From Carcharhinus amblyrhynchos (taxonomy: Eukaryota): DNA of 64,000 nt. The notes under the pieces were generated by a model, which saw only the letters and a program-made list of their open reading frames with translations, was not told the DNA's origin and did no database searches. The stretch is from the NCBI GenBank assembly GCA_965287045.1, contig OZ336874.1, positions 2,232,001 to 2,296,000 on the forward strand. The letters run 5' to 3'. Positions 12,012 through 21,125 of the stretch are shown piece by piece; positions within the stretch are counted from its first letter, which is position 1; each line of letters starts with the position of its first letter. Made by a program: the position numbers and the translations under genes.

Positions 12012-12184
12012 CTAGAATGTCAAGAGAATGTTAACCTGTCAAATTGTTCTGAGCAAAATCACTGGTCATTCTTCAGTCACTGCCTTTATGCTTCACTTTT
12101 TCAACATTTGGAAATCATGTTTTTGTATATCAGCAAAAAGGTCAGACAGTATATCGTGATCCAAGTTTGTAAATTAATAATATT

Positions 12185-12510
12185 CTGGTCGTATGACTTG
12201 TCCACTACTGTCTACTGCAAGTCTTCATTAACCGTTCAAGATTCATGTGGGATTCATGTAGCTCCGCATGCTACAAGATTGGCCGTCAGAAATCTTGTAA
12301 GTAGTGTCCTAGGCATTTGTTAACCTTTCAAGCTTGACACAGAAATAGAGCCCATCAAAGCTATCCTAAGGGACAATGACTATCCTGACCAGAACAGGAT
12401 ATTGTGTGTCACAAATGGGCCAAAGGTCACTACTTTCAGATCTGAAAAGTGCTTAAATTACCCTGGAAAGACAAAATATCTCAGAAATTTGAACAATTTC
12501 AGCAAGATAC
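12185..12510 (+). mobile_element. Penelope-like retroelement fragment (RT C-terminal region)
   Basis: Frameshifted translation TTVYCKS...WDSCSS..YKIG...LV....IC..KLDTEIEPIKAILRDNDYPD matches the PLE pattern TTVYRKPT...KL..EI..IK.IL..NGYP. Confidence 0.7.
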
Positions 12511-12519
12511 ATCTGTGAT

Positions 12520-13060
12520 GGGGAATGCAGATAGGGGTGGAAGATGCAGGGAGGAGTGTGGAAGGAGTAAGGAGAGGATAGGGAAGGGGTATGGGGGTAA
12601 GGGAACAGTGCAGCAAGAGTATGGGGGATGGGAAACAAGTGGCAGAGGGCAGATATGCTGGGGGTAAGGGAAGGTGGTAACAGGAGGGGAACAGGTGGCA
12701 GGAAGCTGGGGGGTAGAGCTGGCAGGCAGGGGGTCATGGCAGGCATCAGGGTTGGCAGCAGGAGGTCAGGATACAGGTCAGGGATGACAGGGGTCAGGGT
12801 TGGCAGCAGGACAAGGGCTCAGGGCTGGCAGGGGCCACCAAATAATCCTGTTGGATTTTAACCTGGTGTTGTAAGACTTCTTGCTGTGTTTACCCCAGTT
12901 CAATGCTGGCATCTCCACATCAGGGGTCAGGGCTGGGGTCAGAGCTGGGGTCAGAGCTGGCGGGGTGGGGGTCAGGGCCGGTGGGGGGGGGGGGGGGGTC
13001 AGGCCTGGCCGGGGGGGGGGGGGGGCAGGGCTGGCAGGGGGGCACTGGGGAGTAGTTGGT
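12520..13060 (+). repeat. G-rich low-complexity repeat with GGGGTCAG(G/A)GCT units and poly-G runs
   Basis: 12-bp units at 12923-12980; long G tracts at about 12983-12998 and 13011-13025. Confidence 0.85.
12838..12922 (+). mobile_element. Penelope-type terminal repeat fragment
   Basis: ccaaataa.cctgttgga.tttaacctggtgttgt.agac...gctggcatctccacatca; the same sequence forms both arms of the element at 17914-18066. Confidence 0.65.
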
Positions 13061-13118
13061 GCCAAATCCTATCCTCGATGCCAGCACGAGTCCCGCTCAG
13101 TAACGCTGGCAAACTCAC

Positions 13119-13235
13119 CCCGGTGCCGACCCGTAGCGCCGTGGCTGGAGCTCGGGCTGCTGTCATGGGTGGTCTCCCACCGCCGCCTTTGCTGGGGGGC
13201 CGGGCCGCGGAGGGAGGTCGCAGGGCGCTCGCCAT
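13119..13235 (-). CDS. IFT74: IFT74 coding exon 1 (117 nt; MASALRPPSAARPPSKGGGGRPPMTAARAPATALRVGTG), basic N-terminal tubulin-binding region
   Basis: ATG at 13235-13233 (aagATGG) in CpG island; GTGAGT donor at 13118; resembles vertebrate IFT74 N-terminus (MAS..RP.S.GG...RPP...RV.T); in frame with next exon. Confidence 0.9.
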
Positions 13236-13268
13236 CTTCACCAACCGCCACCGCGCGTGCGCCGCGCC

Positions 13269-13281
13269 GTCTCCCAGCAAC
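13269..13281. promoter_or_regulatory. RFX X-box-like site GTCTCCCAGCAAC
   Basis: Contains the RGYAAC half-site in an imperfect palindrome ~35 bp upstream of the IFT74 ATG; IFT genes are established RFX targets. Confidence 0.65.
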
Positions 13282-13370
13282 GGCCTGGCCCCGCCCCTGC
13301 GCAGTTAGGTCCGCTCCCAGTCACGAGGGAAACCGCCTGGCCCCGCCTCGAACAATCAGCCCCGCCCCCG

Positions 13371-13384
13371 GTTGTCGGGGAAAC
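13371..13384. promoter_or_regulatory. Second RFX X-box-like site GTTGTCGGGGAAAC
   Basis: 14-bp imperfect palindrome GTT...AAC resembling GTTNCCATGGNAAC; a similar motif GTCACGAGGGAAAC lies at 13320-13333. Confidence 0.5.
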
Positions 13385-13509
13385 CACGTGACCCCGCCCA
13401 CCACTTTGTGTTGTCCGTTGGACGATTTACCGCTTTCGGAGTGTCGCGTGCGGCTCGCGGAGGGTGAGGGCGAAGGCGGGGAGGGTCGGTGGTAGGTTGA
13501 GGGAAAGAA

Positions 13510-14480
13510 TGTGAGGGGTTCGGAGTGTGAAGGGGTCGGGGGGGGTTGGAGTGTGTGCTTGGGGGGGGGCGTTGAATTGTGGGGGGCGTTGGAGTCGGGG
13601 GTATTCGGAGGGGGAATGAAGATCAGAATGGGGGGAGGGGGTTTGGAGGGGGAATGGGATCAGTGTGAAGGGGGGTTTGGAGGGGGGGTGGGGGTCAGGG
13701 TGCGAGGGGGGGTTTTGGAGTGTGAGGGGAGGGGGTTTAGAGGGGGAAGGGGATCAGTGTTGGGGGGGGTTCGGAGGGGGAGGGGAGTTCAGCGGGAGGG
13801 GGAATGGGAGTCAGTGTGAGGGGAGTTCAGAGTGTGAGGAGGGGGATGGTTCGGAGGGGGAATGGGATCAGTGTGGGGGGGGGTTCGGAGTGTGAGGGGG
13901 AGGGGGTTCAAAGGAGGAATGGGATCAGTGTGAGGGGGGTTCGGAGGGGGAGGGGGGTTCGGCGGGAGGTGGGGTTCAGAGTGTGAGGAGGAGGGGAGTT
14001 CGGAGGGGGACTGGGATCAGTGTGAGGGGGGTTTGGAGTGGGGGAGGAAGAGGGTTCGGAGGGGGAATGGGATCAGTGTGAGGGGGGTTTGGAGTGGGGG
14101 AGGAAGAGGGTTCGGAGGGGGAATGGGATCAGTGTGAGGGGGGTTTGGAGTGGGGGAGGAAGAGGGTTCGGAGGGGGAATGGGATCAGTGTGAGGGGGGT
14201 TTGGAGTGGGGGAGGAAGAGGGTTCGGAGGGGGAATGGGATCAGTGTGAGGGGGGTTTGGAGTGGGGGAGGAAGAGGGTTCGGAGGGGGAATGGGATCAG
14301 TGTGAGGGGGGGTTCGGAGTGTGAGGAGGAAGAGGGTTCGGAGGGGGAATGGGATCAGTGTGAGGGGGGTTTGGAGTGGGGGAGGAAGAGGGTTCGGAGG
14401 GGGAATGGGATCAGTGTGAGAGGGAGGGAGTTTGGCGGGAGGGGGAGTGGGGGTCGGAGTGTGAGAGGGAGGGGGTTTGG
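13510..14480 (+). repeat. G-rich minisatellite with a 56-bp unit (about 7.5 near-perfect copies at 14001-14420, degenerate copies to the left)
   Basis: CGGAGGGGGAATGGGATCAGTGTGAGGGGGGTTTGGAGTGGGGGAGGAAGAGGGTT begins at 14001, 14057, 14113, 14169, 14225, 14281, 14339, 14395. Confidence 0.95.
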
Positions 14481-14624
14481 AGTTAAAGCAAGTGTATGAT
14501 GAGGAACGGACAGCACCTTTAATATCAAAACAATTCTTTTTCTGCAGGGAGTGATTGAGAAGCAGCCGATGGAGTCAGTCAGATGCTCAGCCCTAGAGCT
14601 CTTTCTGGATAACACAGTCTGAAA

Positions 14625-15460
14625 CAACAACAACACAGACCTGCGTTTCTATAGCACCTTTCAGCAGTCCAAAAATCCTTTTCAGTCAGTAAGTTCCTCT
14701 TTGTTGTAAGGTAGGAAACACAAATTTCCCTGTAACTACTTCAGGTAGACAGCAATCCAATATTGACTCTGAAAATCATTTTTTACTCATCGTGTTGAGG
14801 AATAAATATTGGCCCAGACATCAGGAGAACCCTTCTTGGAAATGATTACCACAGTGTCTTTGATGTCCACCTGAAAAGGCAGTGTTCCCCTTATGGGGAG
14901 CTGCCTCTTTTACTTTGTCCTAATTTAATTTGAGTTTGTGTATTTGGTTTGACTTAAAAGACACCTGGAAAGGCAGTCAGCTTCTTGGTTTCAGACTTCA
15001 TTGAAGACTGACCTCTGACAATGCAGTGTACCCTTGATATTGCCCCTCCGACAGTGCAGCCTTCCTCAGTACTGCCCCTCCGACATTGAACCATAGAATC
15101 CATACATTGCAGAAGGAGGCCATTCAACCCATTGAATCTGCACTGACTCTTCGAAAGAAGATCCTACCCACCCTATTCTCTAAACCCTTTGCATTTACCA
15201 AACCAACCTAACCTACACATCTTAGGGAAGAAACCGGAGGAAACCCAAGCAGGCAAAAGAGATCATACAAACTCCAGGCAGTCTCCCAAGGCTGGAATCG
15301 AACCTTGGTCCTTGGTGCTGCGAAATAGCAATGTTAATCACTAGACCGCTTCTCAGTACTGCCGTTATGACACTGCAGCTCTTCCTCAGTACTGCCCCTG
15401 TGGCAGTACTGCCAAAGTCTCAATACTGACACTGGCGGTGTAGCACACCCTCAATAGTTC
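14625..15460 (-). mobile_element. Deu-domain SINE remnant with internally tandemised motif; degenerate HE1-like SINE inserted at about 15092-15348
   Basis: gttgagg.ataaatattggcc, gtccacctga...ggcag, repeated cctc(c/t)gacagtgcagc...cctcagtactg. Confidence 0.6.
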
Positions 15461-17442
15461 CTCCATCTCCCCCTTTGTCTAAATTAGTGCTTCTAAAATT
15501 TATTTGTTTTTCAAATATGTCACAGATCCCCTCAAATTGTAACTACATAATACTCAAAATATGCAACTGTCTGATGTGAAGTGTGTTTCATTGATATTTT
15601 TAATAAAACAGGAATTTACCTACAAATATGAGTAATTTATGTGTCTCTTTCATTTTGCAGTGTTGGTCTATCATTTCCAAGAGCCTTCGATGGAGAGCAC
15701 AAGTCCAGATAGAACAAAAGCCTGGCGAGAGTAAGATCCAATGTTGGGAAAACATTCGGGAGCTTATTAGGTAGGCGGAGTCTGGAGTGGGTAAAGTCTG
15801 ACAGGAGCTAAAGCAGTAGTATTGAGAGCATGAGAGATCAAAGAGAGGTGGAGCCACGAATGAGAAAAACAGGACCTTGGAGACTGTGGGAGTCCAAAAT
15901 ATGCAGCAGCCTGGATAGAGTGAGGCCTGGAAAGAATGGGAGCCAGAGACAGCAGGACCAAGGCCAAAGAATTTGCGGTCCAGAGTGCACATAAACAAGG
16001 AAGGAACCAGATACTGGAGAGAATAGAAGGCAAGAGAGCGCGAAAGCCTGAGACAAATGCAGTCCATAAACTGCAAAGGGGGAGTTTGAGTCGAGGGGGA
16101 GCAGGAGAAAGAAGGACCTCAAAGTGAACCGGTGCCTGATGTAGCAGGAATCAGAACAGTGGGAGACCAGAAAGAGCTGGAGCTCAGAGTGAACAGAAGC
16201 CAGGAGAGAATGGGAAGCTGCAGAACATGAGAAAAAGGGTGCAGAGACAGTAAAGCACAGGAGCTTCATACAAGTTGGAGCTTGAATTCAACAGGAGTCT
16301 TGAAAAGTGCAGTGATTGAGAGCTCGAAGATGGAGAGGAAGCCTGAGATGAGTGCACATCAGTGAGTGCAAAAATTTAGAGAGTGCAAGAGCCCAGGCAA
16401 CAGGAGAAAACGCTTGGGGAGTTAAAAAAAAGGCAGGAACATTGAGCAAACAATATGGAGACAGCAGGAGCATGGACAGAGGAGGAAGAGAGCACAAGAG
16501 GAACTGGGGAAGAAATTGAACCCTGAGTGAAGAAGAGGCTGAAAAGAGTGTGAGGCCAGAGAGCAGGAGCCAGCAGGAAATGGTACTATAGAAGCCAGCC
16601 GGTGCACAAAAGCAGCATAGAAGGCAGAACACCAAGAAAATTTAGGTCCTAGAGAGTAGGAGCTTAGAGAGAGCAGAGTTCAGTGTGTGTGGTAGCCAGG
16701 AGAGAATGGGAGACCACAGGGAGCAGAAGACTGAAAACAACGGGAAGCAAGAGGCTGGAGGTACAAAGACAAAATTGAGCAGGACACTGAAGAAAGCAGA
16801 AGGGGGGACAAATTGAGTGGACCTGGGGCAACAGAAGCCCAGAAAGAACAAGAAACCACTGGAGAATGGGAGAAAGAATGTTTGGAGATGAGCCTGGAGC
16901 AATATGAGCCCAAAGAAAACTGGCGCGTGAAGTATGTGGGTCTCAGAAATAGTGACAGCAGTGAGTTTGCAGGAACCCGGAGAAAGCAGGAGCATAGAGA
17001 GAAAAGGTTGCAGATTGGAAATTGTCTTTTGCTTTTTGGTTAGTTGCTGTACTTTTAAGAAACAGAGACATTTAAGTAATTGTATTTTTATTTTGTGGGT
17101 GTTAGGAATAAGACGTGGCATTAAAAGTTTTAAGTTTATATTTTTTATTTGGTTAAAAAGGTGAAATTTGTGTTCTAGTTTCGCCTTTAGTAGTGACAAC
17201 AGGTCAGTATTTTTCGATATTACAAAAAATACTTTTCACTGCATACTGAAATGTGACAATAATAAATCAAATCAGGTCTAAGGCTTTGTCTGTGTACCTG
17301 TATTTCAATGAGGGCTCATAAGTTTTGAAGTGGGGAGCTATGTTATCAAGGGTGAATAATTTAGAGAAATAAAAACAAAGTAGAAAAAAACTGCTGTTGC
17401 CTCGCAGCAGGGGCCTTGAGAGAGGGACCTACGGGCACAGAA

Positions 17443-17788
17443 GGCGGCATGGTAGCACAGTGGTTAGCACTGCTGCTTCACAGCTCCAGGGACCTGGGTT
17501 CGATTCCCGGCTTGGGTCACTGTGTGGAGTTTGCACATTCTCCCAGTGTCTGTGTGGGTTTCCTGCGGGTGCTCCAGTTTCCTCCTGCAGTCCAAAGATG
17601 TGCAGGTTAGGTTGATTGGCCGTGCTAAAATTGCCCCTTAGTATCCTGTGTCCTGAGATGCTTAGGTTGAGGGATTAGTGGGTAAAATATGTAGGGATAT
17701 GGGGATAGGGACTGGGTGGGATTGTGGTTGGTGCAGACTCAATGGGCTGAATGGCCTCTTTCTGTACTGTAGGGATTCTATGATTCTA
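17443..17788 (+). mobile_element. HE1-like V-SINE, full length
   Basis: ggcggcatggtagcacagtggttagcactgctg...gggttcgattcccggcttgggtcactg; tail ttctgtactgtagggattctatgattcta. Confidence 0.93.
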
Positions 17789-17913
17789 ATAGTATTTTGT
17801 TATGGTGATCGTGCTGCAAGGTGAAGGGAGCAGTTTAAGTTTAACTGTACATACTAGCAGTGTGCTGAGGAAATAAGTCCTAAGAATCTTAGGTGAGTTG
17901 TTCTAAAGTTAAA

Positions 17914-18066
17914 GTGATGTGAAAATGCTGGCGTTGGATTGGAGTGGGCACAATAAGAAATCTCAGAGATTAAAGTCCAACATCACTCACCTGATGAAGG
18001 CACAGCTCTCCAAAAGCTCCTAATTCCAAATAAACCCATTGGACTTTAACCTGGTGTTGTGAGACC
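17914..18066. mobile_element. Palindromic Penelope-derived element with degenerate hammerhead core
   Basis: Perfect 11-bp inverted repeat TTAAAGTCCAA (17970-17980) / TTGGACTTTAA (18039-18049); CTGATGA at 17991-17997; homologous to 12838-12922. Confidence 0.7.
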
Positions 18067-18799
18067 ACTTAAAATAACAGTGAAAGTCACATGAGTTTTT
18101 GATCACAAGGGAGGTGCCAAGTCATCATCAATCTACTAGGAGAGGGAAATATGGCCAGAAAATCCTAAAGAAAATAGAGAAAGGTTCAAGAAGACCTTTG
18201 TTAAAGAAAAAGGACGGAATCTTGAACAGATCCTGTTTAATGAAGCTAAAGCAAGAAATAGAGAAAAAGGCTCCAAAAAAGCTGCTAGAAGCTAATTAAA
18301 GCAAATGTGCTTGTGAAAAATCAGAAGATACAAGGAGATAGCCAAAGATTTGCAATTCTTTACTATAAGCCTGTGAAAATTGAGAGATAAGTTCATCCTT
18401 ACTTTCATCAGTGAGGAAACAAACACAGGAGCAAGAGTGTACAGGTTATAACTTCAGCTGAACTGGCATTGTGCAAGGAGGTCCTTGGGTTGCCTCCAAT
18501 ATGAAATGGATTTTTGGCTGCAGTGATCACAGCAGCTTGATACTAGGCATCAGCATTGAAAACTGCACCACATACTGACTTGATAACCACCTCATACGTG
18601 GCACTTCTGGCAAAAAACACCTCATGGATTGGTTTCCTCATTCATCAGTAGAACTGTATTTTGATCATCACGTTCTATTAGTCAGTCAACTCTCATCTAA
18701 ACTAGGCCAATACAACCAATAATATACCAGCCCTGTCAATTTCTGCCTTCCTGTCAGGGTACTGAGGGATACGGGATGAAAAAGTGGATGGAAAGTGTA

Positions 18800-21125
18800 T
18801 ACAGATAAAACCGAAATGAGAAATCTTCCAGCTAGTGTGGTGCAGTGTCAGGTTTGTGTCGTCACGTGAACATTGATCCACAGTGTACAGCGATTGTATG
18901 CAAGACTGCATTGATTGTCAGCTACCCAAGTTGGTATTGTAATAACTGCTTTATTAAAGATCAGATTAGACTGAAGCAGACGGACGTTCATGCACTGGTG
19001 ACTGAATTGTACAGAATACAATGACAACAGACATCGGCTTAGCTCTGATCCAAAGAAACTATGCCTTACCTACTTTCAGGGCAAACATTGCCACGAGGTA
19101 TGACGATATCTTCCAAGGTCTGGCCATTGGCACCAACTTGAGCTCATCAGCAGAAGCAATTTGCCTATTCTTCTTGATACACCTGCACCATACAGCAGTG
19201 ACTGCGATCATTCTCTTGTCAGCATCAGAGTGAAGGTGCAATCCTGAATGTTTCATATTGTCAACTCGACTGCCTGTCGGTTCTCAACATCTATATTAAA
19301 AGAAATTGCAGCGAATGTTCACAGTTTGCTTTGGACTTTGAGGAAGTTCCACTTTATCAGGAAATGTCAATGCAGGTATTGTTGAAGGTTGCAAGTTGCT
19401 GAATTCAGTTAACCATGGCACAGTGTCACCAAGACTTGATAAAGGTGGAACCTGTAATAATAACTGATTCGAGATCTGTCCAGAGATGACATCTGCCATT
19501 ACAGTGAAAAGCAACAGAAGCTTCCACATGCACAGGAGAAACCCAACAACTTGAATACTGTATGAATTGAAAGGAGCCAAGGCAGATGTGCAAAAGGCAG
19601 GCAATTATCACATGGCATGTCTTACATAAGAACATAAGAAACAGGAGCAGGAGTAGGCCATCTAGCCCTTCGAGCCTGCCCCGCCATTCAATAAGATCAT
19701 GGCTGATCTGTTGTGGCTCAGTTCCACTTTCCCGCCCTCTCCCCATAACCCTTAATCCCCTCTCTTATCAAGAACCCATCAACCCGCTTCTTAAAAATAT
19801 TTAGCGAGGCAGCCTCCACCACTTCAACGGGCAGAGAATTCCAGAGATTCACCACCCTTTGAGTGAAGAAGTTCCTCCTCAACTCCGTTCTAAACCGCCT
19901 CCCCTTTATCTTGAGGCTGTGCCCCCTAGTCCTACTGTCTTTTTTGAGCGGGAAGAGTCTCTCCACCTCTATCCTATCCATCCCATTCATCATCTTATAC
20001 GTCTCAATGAGATCTCCCCTCATTCTTCTAAACTCTAGCGAGTACAAGCCTAGTTTATTCAGCCTCTCCTCATAGCTCCATCCCCTCAACTCCGGTATCA
20101 GCCTAGTAAACCTCCTCTGCACTCCCTCCAGGGCCAAAATATCCTTGCGCAGGTGTGGCGCCCAAAACTGCACACAGTACTCCAGCTGCGGCCTCACCAA
20201 TGCCCTATACAGCTGCAGCAAGACCTCCCTACTTTTATATTCAATCCCCCGCCAATGCTGATGAAACTCACTCGTCACCCACATGGAAATTGAGCTACAA
20301 GGACACATGGATTTATTCTCCCATAGTGGTAACTTATTTTCTCCTTGTTATAAACATCAAGACAACTGCAGCCATTTGCCTTCAAATACATTAACTAACA
20401 CTGGAGATTGGTACAAAGTTGTCTATAGAACCATGTTGGCAGTTAATCTCACTGAGCTGAAGCAAAGGGAATGGCGCTACCACCATTGTCTGACACTCAA
20501 AATGTATGTGGAAAACACTAAGCTGGCCCTTTGGATCACCAAAATATCGATTTGAGCCCTATGTTACCAGAATTTGTGTGGCTATGAAGCATGAATGACC
20601 TTGACCCATCAAGAGAAGAAGTTCATCAATTATCAGTTTTGATGTGTGTGGTACATTGGCATCTGATGGAAGGCGGAAATAAAAGATATGATTGTCCTCA
20701 AAGACAAATCTCTCAAGTACTAGCACCTGTTATGTAGAGGTGTCTTAGTTCTCTGGATGCATTCAGAGGATGAAACAGAAACATGTGAATGATATTCTTA
20801 TGGGGAGGTACCTGGAGAACGACCAGTAAGATGCCCAAATCTCTGCTTCAAGGAAGTGTGCTGTGAAGCATGGCGTAAAAGTTGTCGATATTAATTGGCA
20901 AATGCAACAGCTTGACAAGCTCCAAAAACAGATGCTTGTAACAACAACATATAAGCATCTTATATGTGGCACCTATGTTTGAATCTGCCTTTCATGTATT
21001 GGTCTGTTCAGCCATCAACAAAAATTTGGTCTTTTCAGCTTTCAACAAAAGTATATCACCTAAAACGGTCCCATCGCGAATGCGTTTCTTGCATGTCAAG
21101 TATTTCACATAGATGGAAGAATGCT
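18800..21125 (+). mobile_element. Decayed RTE-clade LINE, array copy 1 (interrupted by CR1)
   Basis: Endonuclease-like start, ADETSLVTH and 3' motifs shared with other copies; many stops. Confidence 0.8.
19624..20250 (-). mobile_element. Young CR1/HER1-type LINE, 5'-truncated
   Basis: Near-identical to 8724-9350. Confidence 0.95.

Larger units (their letters stand above)
13070..13500. promoter_or_regulatory. CpG island / IFT74 promoter, possibly bidirectional
   Basis: Only CpG-dense stretch in the window; several GC boxes (CCCCGCCC), E-box CACGTGAC at 13385-13392, X-box-like motifs. Confidence 0.85.

Noticed and set aside
14001-14420. CRISPR-like array
   Set aside because: Contiguous tandem units without unique spacers, in vertebrate DNA
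14548-14625. Coding exon after the 14547 acceptor (MESVRCSALELFLDNTV*)
   Set aside because: 17 codons, no recognisable homology; kept only as a possible non-coding exon
12449-14636. Gly-rich or Pro-rich ORFs around the promoter (for example 12881-13495, 204 aa)
   Set aside because: By-products of G-rich minisatellites and the CpG island; only 13119-13235 (-) is coding
17443-17520. tRNA genes at SINE heads
   Set aside because: A/B boxes run directly into the V-domain SINE body; no complete cloverleaf
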